From contig NMRA01000280.1 of assembly GCA_002633005.1 (NCBI GenBank), positions 388,080-452,079 on the forward strand: DNA of 64,000 bases, in the 5' to 3' direction. Of the stretch, positions 54,147 to 64,000 are shown piece after piece. Each line of letters begins with the position of its first letter. The stretch's first letter is position 1. The stretch comes from Phoronis australis (lineage: Eukaryota; Animalia; Phoronida). The notes under the pieces are model-generated. The model did no database searches. It was not told the DNA's origin and saw only the letters and a list, made by a program, of their open reading frames with translations. The position numbers and the translations under genes were made by a program.

Positions 54147-56682
54147 AAGTCATTTTGGAAGTTTAATAACTCTTTCTTAAAAAACTCTGAATATATTGCT
54201 GCAGTCAAGGATACTATTAAATTAGTTAAACAATGGTAAATGACTGAAGACATTCAGACAGTTGATAGTACTAGTAATTTAGATTTGCAATTGTCTACAA
54301 ATGATCAACTTTTTGTTGAAACGTTGTTGATGAAGATTCACGGCATAACAATATCCTTTGCTACTTACTTAAAAAGAAAAAAGTGACAGAGCTGAACAGC
54401 AAGTTATCAAAGAAATAAGCTTGTTGGAAAAAGTCTAAGCCTTGATAGGTAACTACTAGAACAAAAAAATAATCAGCTTGCCGAGCTAAGGCAAAATAAG
54501 TTAAGAGGTCTTGTGGAGATCGAGATGGTTTGAAGAGGGTGAAAAACCTTCCAAATATTTTCTTCACTTAGAAAATAGGCATTAAACAAGTAAGTTTATG
54601 CCTTTTTGTGGAAATCTGATAATAGTAAAACCAATAGTGAAGAAGAGGTTATTCAGAAAACCAAAACTTTTTATGAAAATCTACACCAATATAGACATTC
54701 TAACAATACTAAATTAGAAGTTCTTCTTGATAAGGTTTGTGTCTCTACACTGAATGAGACAGAAAAAGAAAAATTAGAAGGTCTTCTTACATATGAAGAA
54801 GCCCCACAATGCTTGAAAATTGAAAAACAACAAGAGCCCAGGCTCTGGTGGTTTTTCAGTGGAATTTTTAAAACTTTTTTTGGATGACATTTGACATTTC
54901 GTTGTTCGCTCACTTAATACTGGTTTTGCTGTTGGCCAGTTATCATCAACTCAGACAGAGGGAGTGATTACCTGCATCCCTAAGGGAGCAGATAAAAGTA
55001 AACATTACTTGAAAAACTGGAGACCCATATCCTTACTCAATGTGACATATAAACTGGCTTTTTCGGCTGTGGCTGAACGGTTAAAATCTGTTTTGGGAAA
55101 ACTAATCAGTAAGGACCAGTCAGGTTTTGTTTCTGGAAGAAATATGAATGAAAATATCTGCGTGCTATGTTTGATGGCCAGGCAGCTAACAAACCAGAAT
55201 TGCTTTTACTGATTGACTCTGAGAAAGCATTTGATTCATTGTCGTGGAATTTTATTAAAAAAAAATTATCTTTCCTTAATTTTGGTTGGTCGTTCAGTAG
55301 GTGGGTTAAAGTCGTTTACAGTAATGTTAAGTCCTGTATTGTCGTAAATGATCACCCATCTTCCTGGTTCAATATTTCGCATGGCTGCATGACCCTTTGT
55401 CTCCCTACATTTTCATATTATACGCGGAGATTTTGGCGTATTTAAAGGAGCATGCCACCCAAAAAACAACCTAATTTGTATCAATTTAGATCGAGTAGTT
55501 CTACTCTATAACGACACGTACGGTTGCGTTACTTGACACCTGACGGCAGACGGAGGTGTTGAAATTATCCAATGACGTGGATCGTTAAGTTTTACAGGCT
55601 ATCAATTCGAACAGGAATACAGTGATGAAGAAATACTAGAGAGGCGCCGTGAACAAGCTCAGACAACGGAACGTATGGAGTTATTTGGTAAGCCGGCATT
55701 CGTCAGGCACTGTCGACGTCTGCAGGCCACAGACACGGAGATGTTTCACGGCCTCATACTTGCTTTTTACAGCGTGCATTTCATTCTTCACTACCCTAAG
55801 CCACTTCCTAAGCATTTCGGACTCTCGAGGAAGTAAAAAAATAACCGCTTTCCTCGCAGCTGCTTAGTTCGTACAAGCGGTATCGATGCACCGCAATTTT
55901 CGCGGCATTCACTCTGTATATGAACCACTGACGTCGCTATGTCGTTTCTCACCTTCCTCACAGGTTAACGCGACACCTCTTGGCAAGGTAAGGTCGACCG
56001 TATGCGAGGTGATGTGGATATAGACCGATTAAGACGGCAAAAAAGACTAATTAAATCGGGTGGCATTCTCCTTTAATCAAGAATAAGAAAAATATTGCTG
56101 GTGTAGTTGCAGGAAATCAGGAATATTTGATTTCGCAACATGCGGACGACACATCAATTACGTTGGATGGGTCCAGTTTGTCATTGACTAGCACATTGAA
56201 TGTACTTCATTTGTTTGCTAGTGTCTCCGGTCTCCAAGTGAATGTGGATAAGTAAAACGGGTAGTGATGACGTTATTCCTACAAAAGAAAGTCTGTCTTG
56301 GTCAAAAAATCTTTTAGATTTTTGGGTGTAGAATTTGACACTCAATTGGATAATATGACGCATAAGAACTTCACTGCAAGAATAAATGAGATTAAGTCAT
56401 TATTAAAAAGTTGGAGTTGACAAAATTTAACGCCTTTTGGTAGAGTAACTGTAATTAAAACTATTTCTAAGCTTACTTTTAGTTGTCAAGTTTACCAAAT
56501 CCAGAAGTACAAGTCTTGGATGAATTAAATACGACATTTTTTATATTTGTATGTCAGGCTGGGAATTTTTATTATTCACGTTTAACTGCATGTAGCAGTT
56601 GTTCACTTTATACGAATAGATGGATGTACTTATTGTTTGTTTTTTGCACTTGTTTATAAATGATAATAAATACCTGAAAAAA
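54147..56682 (+). mobile_element. Degenerate L1/Tx1-like LINE (ORF2 remnant) upstream of paralog 2
   Basis: WKFNNS, RWFEEGEKPSKYF, ITCIPK....KNWRPISLLNVTYK, DQSGFV.GR, EKAFDSLSWNF, ISQHADDT; interrupts sequence contiguous in paralog 1 (37381-37420); imperfect aaaaga(t/c)caaaa duplication at ends. Confidence 0.88.
55446..56072. mobile_element. Non-autonomous TIR transposon with TTAA target duplication (Kolobok-like) nested in the LINE
   Basis: ttaa|aggagcatgccaccc ... gggtggcattctcct|ttaa; removing it restores the RT frame EILAYL-IKNKKN...QHADD. Confidence 0.85.
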
Positions 56683-57389
56683 GGACCAAAAATGACCCCA
56701 GCAGTCGATGAGCTGTCAACACCCGCAATCACTATCTGGCGATATGTTAATTAGCTTATCTCGAGTTACGAGCATTTATTGGTAAATACAAACTACAAAG
56801 AATCAAGACAACTAATGGGGGTGGTCTCCAGTGATCATTTTGAAGAATATTTTTAGGTTGAATCTGCCCTTCCAAGCATCAGTTTAAGGTTCCCCAAGGT
56901 GTAAGAACCCTAGAATTGTCATTGAAAGTGTGGAACGATTATAAAAATAACATTCAACTTCGTATGAAGCACTTTAACTGTCGTGCTGTATTTGACAGCC
57001 AGCCTTTAATTCACAGCCTTGTGCAAGTAAAGTTGCTTACGACGCTTTTTGATGTACGTCTGACCAAATTATTACCTAATAGCTTTTACAACTACCAAAG
57101 GTATTCAAAAGGACTTTTTATATCGCAGTGAGACTGAATCGGAGGTTTAGTTTCGTTGCTACCAGACGTCGAGGCAAGTTCAAGAGTTCATAAGTGTGAC
57201 CTACTTTTGATGCAGTTGAACTGATTCGATGTTTCGGAGATGCGAGTCGCCAAAGCGGTGGTTTAGTCAAAGATACTATAAAATCTTTGATTAAGAGGGT
57301 ATGCTGTCTTTGGTTTTAGAAGGAGAACTGATCATCGCTCGGATTTAGGGATTTTATGAGACCTACAACGCAAGTGCTGTCACTGAAGC

Positions 57390-57821
57390 ATGTATGTATG
57401 TTTACTCTCTTATATCAAGATACATAGCAAACATACCGTATACCTATTGCCAAAATTTACAAGCTCCCTGCAACTGCAATTATTTTTAGATGGATTTACG
57501 AATGTCCTTGTTAAATCAAGCACAGATAATAAAGAACTCATTGTTGCCGGCGATCTCAACATTAATGTTTTAAAAATTATTTATAACCGCAAATTTCAAG
57601 ATTTCTTTGACACAACGTTTAGCCTTCACATACAATCTAAAATCACTTATCCTACCATAGTCAACGAAAAGTCTGCATCACGAATTGATCATATTTATTA
57701 TACATCTCCTGATACCACCAAAATATCTCGCAATGGCATGTTCTCCAGACTATCTGACCATTTTTCTACGTTTATCTCACTGAATGTCAATGTTAATGGC
57801 ACACATCGCAAAAAGAATTAG
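57390..57821 (+). mobile_element. LINE APE-type endonuclease fragment
   Basis: LIVAGDLNIN, YPT.V....SRIDHIY and LSDHF catalytic motifs; no adjoining RT. Confidence 0.75.
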
Positions 57822-57856
57822 AATACAAGTAAATGTTGTGTGGTTTGTACTGGAAC

Positions 57857-58813
57857 ATAGGCGGATTTAGGGGGGGGGGGGGGGGGGGGGGNCTGCCGCA
57901 AACAAAATAGTAACTGCAAGATCGTAGTGAAATATTGTGTTTATTAATACACCCCGGTAATTATCATTATACGGCTGAAACATGATTTAAATGTGTGCAG
58001 TTTTAGTCTGTTTGGGGGCGGGGGCTCAGAACAAATTTCAAGTGTCAGATTCGGACAACTGGCGCAATCGTAATGGAACAATGGCTCAGTAAAGGCTCTC
58101 CCGCGATATCCCAGGTGACCGGCAGTGGCGCTGCGCACTACGACTCCGTTTCCGTCGTCTGCTCCACTGTGCATTTTTTAAAGAAAACGGACTCTGATTG
58201 ACGACGAAAAAACCGAAGCTGCTGGTAAGATGTGAATTTTAATCGAAGCGTAGTGTATCACTCAGAAACTCACAATTCTCTCTTTATCAAATATAAAAAT
58301 TAAGACGATTTCCAAAGCAATCGCTCCATTAATGCCAACTCAAAGAACGGATGTGGTCTTTTGGGCAGTTGAAGACTATTTCAGATACAACAAATTTTGT
58401 TACAAACTGGATGCACAAAATATAAAACGTGTAATAATTATTGCAAAAAGAAGTAGGTTCGAGCGCAAACGCTGTGGACCATAAACAAGTACGTCTCTTA
58501 GGAATGTCTTAAGAGTGAAATCGTTGTGGTGCAGTCGTAAAGCACACGCTCTCTAGCAGCCGGGTCGCGAATTCGAGTCCGTGGTAATTGCGATTTTTCC
58601 AGTTTGACAGGTTCGCCATGTTTTTCATTTTCCTTCTTTTATTTCTTGGATAATACTTCAGAAATCAAGGAAAATGCTTGTTTGTAAGAGGAAAAAACAA
58701 AATATTTTCCTGGGCGACCTCCCCCCATTTGGTGCGCTCTATAGTCGTGCTTTGCGCAAATGTTTACAGACAAAAAGTTGGCCCCCCCTTATGATATCGT
58801 AGATCCGCCACTG
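57857..58813. mobile_element. MITE with GGCGGAT(C/T)TA-type inverted termini and G-rich subterminus
   Basis: aggcggatttagggggg ... cccccttatgatatcgtagatccgccactg; similar right ends at ~662-675 and ~11955-11964; contains a tRNA-like A/B box stretch ~58520-58585. Confidence 0.55.
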
Positions 58814-58814
58814 T

Positions 58815-59465
58815 GGAATTACACTTATATGGAACAATTACTTAGAATGGTTTATTATATAACTCTTGCCAAACAGTTCAACCTATGAAATGTGACTCGT
58901 ATGCATGTGTATTGCAAAAACATGTTGTTGTTCAGGAGTTAGTCAGTTCGCGATAAAATAGTGTTCAGTAAAGACGTCTTCCTCACTCCTCTCTCCACCC
59001 GACATTACATGGTGTTAGGAGTTGGCGATTTTTTCGGCTGTTGATTACAGATCTACACAGTGGCTGCTAAGCTAGACTTGAGCCCGCCAGAACCGAATCT
59101 GACAAAACAGGAGAAAGTTGGAGCCAGTGGCGACAGAAAATGGACATTTAGCCTACCTGGTCGAAAGAAGACTCGAGGATGCGTCAGGTAAACAGAAATT
59201 CAACATTTTACTGCACCGCCTTGGAGCAGAGGGAATCAACTTATTCAACACATTTGATTTGTCGTCGGAGGACAAGTATAATTTAGATGTGGTAATGGCA
59301 CATCTTCACAAACACTATGGGAATAAGAAATACCGCAACATTTGTCGACAAGCTTTCTTAGAGCGTAACAACAAGGCCGGTGAGTTGCTAATGGCTTTTG
59401 TAGCAGATCTTAAGAATGGTGCAGAGACGTGACTACGTACGCTGACATAGAGGACACATTTGTTT
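58815..59465 (+). mobile_element. Gypsy 5' remnant: candidate LTR, primer-binding site and gag N-terminus
   Basis: aca|tggtgttaggagttgg PBS-like at ~59010, then WSQWRQK and ILLHRLGAEGINLFNTF...R.AFLER gag-like peptide; truncated. Confidence 0.7.
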
Positions 59466-60124
59466 GAGAAGACGGTTCTGTGGAAGGGTAACCTGGCTTT
59501 GTGGCCTCCGACGACTTTACCCAGATCTAATGCCTCTTGGCGCTTTCTGGGTTATGTATATTCATTGTATTCTGAAGATTTCGTAATAAACATTAAAAAA
59601 ACGACTTAGTAACTAGATTTGCAGTTTCGCGGCTAATTCACCAAAATAATCAGCGTACACGTTTTTCTTTGGCTCACTGGTATAGTCTCTTCGTGACTGG
59701 AAGTCTAGTTTCCAACTTTGGCTGGTTTATGTTTGTCAGCGATGTCTTCAGTCCGGCCCCGATGGGCCCTCGGGTTCCGAGCCATTGGCCGGAATAGCAA
59801 GCGTTTTATGTGTTTAGAACTGAAAAAATTGCAAGTCTAAAATTACAACACGCAGCTATGTTCTCCTGTCTGTATTTCACGGACGAATAACTTGAATTTA
59901 TCACCGAACAGACCTTGGTAAATAGGCCTACTGAACTTTGTTGGCTACGGTACGTTCAAATACCTAAAAATCCGTAACAGCAAAATAAAATAACATGTTT
60001 GTTCAATTACTTGATGTATTTGTAAGGGTTTTTGTATCAAATGTTGATAATTTATGGGTGTAACATTACAAGTGATAAGCTGACACCAGTAAGCTTGTTG
60101 TGAACTGCTGAACAGACTGCATTC

Positions 60125-60266
60125 GAACATCTGACGTCATCGGTTAATTTCAACACCTCCGTATGCCGTCTGATCTGAGGTACAAGAGCTGTACTTGCTG
60201 TTAACGAGTGGGACTACTCGATCTAAATTGATACAAAATAGATTGTTTTTGGGTGGCATTCTCCTT
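60125..60266 (-). mobile_element. Terminus of a second Kolobok-like element
   Basis: ctactcgatctaaattgatacaaa...ttgtttttgggtggcattctcct|ttaa is the reverse complement of the left end of 55446-56072. Confidence 0.7.
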
Positions 60267-62887
60267 TAAATTGGTTTCTTATAGGATAGTGCATCTGAAT
60301 TTTGATAACTGAATGATAGACGCACTATTCATTGAATGAAACTGGAGATGACGATTTGCAATGAGGCGAGCTACATGTAGAGAAACAGTGAGAACCAATT
60401 ATAGACAGGAGTAACTTGTTCTCAAATCAGGAATCACCACATGCAACTATTGCGACGCTAGAATCGTGTGTGTGACAGTGCCAATTACTCCCACCGAATA
60501 ACAGGTGTTACCAAGAATACAACCAGCTTTGCAGAGCCCCGATTCGTTATATCCAACACCTATCTAGATGAACTAAAAGCAAAAGAATAAATCATTTCCA
60601 CCCCAACATCTAAATATGTGATACAAATTGCAATGTGTATCCACTTTCGACACCTATTTTCTGCTCCCAGGCAAGTTTCGTGTTCACTGAGCTGAGTGAA
60701 CCCATGCTCACTAGATGGCGCGTGTGGGGTTGAGTTGTACTCCAAAAGACTTTTAATCTGAAACAAAATGATATTCTTTCTTCAGCTATGAGGGACTGTA
60801 CTTTGAAAGTGCCTGCAACTCATAGTAGGCATTCTCATTTAGTTTCAGAGTAAAGGCACTCCGTAGTAAAGACCTAGGCTCTCGTGTATCCTTTAACTGA
60901 GGGTTGTCCCTAGCTGTTCGTTAATGTGCTGGCATCAGTGTTTAACCAGCCAAGTACACTGAATAACGCCCGTTACTCAGTGGAAAAAACAGGTTCTGCA
61001 ATAAAAATCAGAGACAAGAAAATTCAGCGTTCACTGAAATCTTTATTACCAAGCGTAGCATTTGTTACAGACATGGACGAACTTGTCGCCCCCCAAGCTG
61101 TCATAGGGACAACTCTTCTTATTGACCTCTGTAAGCATCATGCAAATGTCAGTGACTGGATTGGAGTTGCAAAATGACAAGATGGTAATGACTTATGCAG
61201 TGAGCCTGCAGGTACTTTGAAATACAGATATAAATTAAAGCCACCTTGTTGACTCAAACCAGAAGCCCTTTGATCTGCATGATTGTTATATTTTTGAATT
61301 ATTGCTTTTTGAAAGGGCTGTGTAATTGCCTGCAACTCGTCATGCTGGTACCATGAAGTGTTTCTCACTTTCTAATTGTTAGGGTTTGAGAGACCCACTG
61401 AAATAATTTATAAAGCGGACACAAAGAATAGACAGTCACCACTTTCTGAACTTAGGGCCAGCACACTGAGCCGCTGGCCATAATCCGGAAGAATATGATG
61501 ACTAACTCCTTACAACTCGAACAAATACCGTGTTAAGGAAGATTTCTTTCCAATAGCTCTTTTCATTTTAGCTCTTTTCATTAGTCAGCGATACCATATT
61601 GTCCACGTAGTTCTAGAGGTGTGACCCTGGCGGCCAAGTTTCACGCGACATGAAAATTGACCGAAATGTGCAGAGATGCGATCAAAACAGAAATGGCTTA
61701 GTGCCCGATTCTCAGACACTGAAGGACTATTTAGAAAGAAATGACGACTGCGGGAACATTTGTTTGAGTTGTTGAAAGGATTTAAGACTCCAACTATCTC
61801 CAAATATGTCCATTTCCATATGAGGTAATCTAACTTCGATAATTTGGCCGGAGTTAAGGATAACTCGCAGAACATCTTACCGCCTACAGCCCAGGCGACA
61901 TTTGATTGTGCCGTTGCATACGGTAACTTACGGTAAAAATCGAGTAAACGTGCCGTTACTTATTGAAAACTGGTTCCTGGCAGCTATTTTAAAGCGGGAC
62001 AAGTTCAATCGACTTTTACCGTCGTCTACTAGCTAGCTCTATGATTGGCATAAGAGAGCCTGTTCTGCACTACTACTAGGTATCGCTTCAGAATTTCAGT
62101 GACAGAGTGGGTGGCTGATTTGGATTTGGCCTCCATGACAACTTTGAACACAGGTCACAATTGTAATCAAAACATTCTTTAGAACTCAAAACTTGCATTT
62201 TCCCTCCAACTCTTCCAGTTTACGAGTTTCTGGGGTCCACACAAAGCCAGAGGCTTCATACACTGCATACGAGCTCCTTGAAAATGGCTGCCCAAGAAAG
62301 TCGCGCGGTAAACCACGAGACTTCGTGAAGGCAGTCACGGCTTCGACGGTCACCTGGTCACCATTTACCTTGAAGGTTTTAACGGTATAGCACATGCTAT
62401 AATTTTATAGCATGCGCAGCGATAAAGACCGTTACGGCAACCCTTTCAGTGACAGCTTAAGCCGTGTTACGGCGTGTGGATCGGGTTGTAGGAAAGACAC
62501 TCATTATTGCTACTTCATTTATTGAGCTTTGCGTAACTTAGACCGTGCCACTATGTGACATTTTATTAACAATAATAAAACAGAACAATAATGTGATCAT
62601 ATGCCTGCATGTAGCATGTGCAAACTACAGAGTGTGTACACATATCTAAACTGTACGGGCTGTACACATATCACAAAGAACACGTTGGGAATTTCGGAGG
62701 ATACCTAATTCCAGTATTTAGCTATCTATTATCCTTAAAATTATGGGATCACAAAAGAAACCAAAATATGCTGATTCAGCTTTTGCTGCTAGCATAACAA
62801 ATAATAATAAACAGCAAAATGATTGTTGAATTATATATGTGAGAAAATTCAGTCTCCATTCCGTCTCTCTTTGATTGGCAAGTATCT

Positions 62888-64000
62888 TGTATTTTCGTAA
62901 AGGAAAACTATCCAGATTTGAATGACTATGCAAATGGCGCCCTAAAGCTGTCTCTTATTGCTGTTTGGTTGCATCGACTCATCCAGTGTTATTAAATTTG
63001 TGTTCATGGGGCGGTTTACATTGTAAGCTAATGTATCGCATTTAATTATTCCTGTTGTTTTTTATACCAGTTTTGCTCACTTGTCGACATGTGAACCGAA
63101 CAGAGGATAAGTATAACAAGAAACTCACCAACTCGTTGTATTCTTCACTTGATTTCGAGACTCATTTCTGTAAGTGATGTGCGTGTATTTGCAAAAATTA
63201 CTTATTTAACTGCTACCACAGCAGCTGGTATACGATGCACATTTTCACACGAAGGAAAATTAAACACCTGAAGGAGCACTTTTATCGGGAGTTGCTTAGG
63301 CCATTCTACTTGACAACATCTGCTGGGATCTCCACTGCCAGGTGAATGCAATTCTCTGGTGACCAGCCTCTGTCGGTGGGTCAAAGTTCATCTATCATAT
63401 TGCACCTACTATAGCCTTTATGTGACCGATAGCTGCTCTAAAACTAACAATTTTCCCTAGCTGATCTATGATGTCGCACGGAAGGGCAACCACAATTTTA
63501 GANTGTATTTTCGTAAAGGAAAACTATCCAGATTTGAATGACTATGCAAATGGCGCCCTAAAGCTGTCTCTTATTGCTGTTTGGTTGCATCGACTCATCC
63601 AGTGTTATTAAATTTGTGTTCATGGGGCGGTTTACATTGTAAGCTAATGTATCGCATTTAATTATTCCTGTTGTTTTTTATACCAGTTTTGCTCACTTGT
63701 CGACATGTGAACCGAACAGAGGATAAGTATAACAAGAAACTCACCAACTCGTTGTATTCTTCACTTGATTTCGAGACTCATTTCTGTAAGTGATGTGCGT
63801 GTATTTGCAAAAATCACTTATTTAACTGCTACCACAGCAGCTGGTATACGATGCACATTTTCACACGAAGGAAAATTAAACACCTGAAGGAGCACTTTTA
63901 TCGGGAGTTGCTTAGGCCATTCTACTTGACAACATCTGCTGGGATCTCCACTGCCAGGAGAATGCAATTCTCTGGTGACCAGCCTCTGTCGGCAGGTCAA
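62888..64000. repeat. Near-identical direct duplication (62888-63384 vs 63504-64000) across a single N; likely assembly/haplotype artefact
   Basis: Second copy starts right after the n at 63503 and differs by only a few substitutions. Confidence 0.8.

Noticed and set aside
62888-64000. Real tandem duplication with twin 60-aa ORFs
   Set aside because: Junction is a single N and the copies differ by only a few substitutions, typical of an unmerged allelic contig overlap.

Overview
Intron-rich, AT-rich, repeat-laden animal (invertebrate-looking) genomic DNA with small assembly gaps; no operons, rRNA or CRISPR. Left half: an intronless WH1/EVH1 + basic + CRIB-like gene (+), a multiply disrupted SLC10 bile-acid:Na+ symporter pseudogene (-), a two-exon GSKIP (+) and an intronless, atypical 7TM receptor (-). 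The main signal is in the right half: two tandem, intact 7-exon paralogs (-; 29507-37084 and 43882-53833) with identical exon sizes and 1105 aa each. Each joins an animal-type N-terminal signal anchor and an LDL-receptor class A module to a ~990 aa region resembling bacterial VioB/RebD/StaD-type indole-pyruvate-imine dimer synthases with a C-terminal ferritin-like domain. This reads as a bacterial-type secondary-metabolism enzyme that gained introns, was re-targeted to the secretory pathway and then duplicated. The paralogs are punctuated by LINE, Gypsy and MITE insertions, some shared and some copy-specific. All homology calls are from motif recognition by eye, and splice models were built by hand from GT-AG sites and reading frame; no database searches were run.
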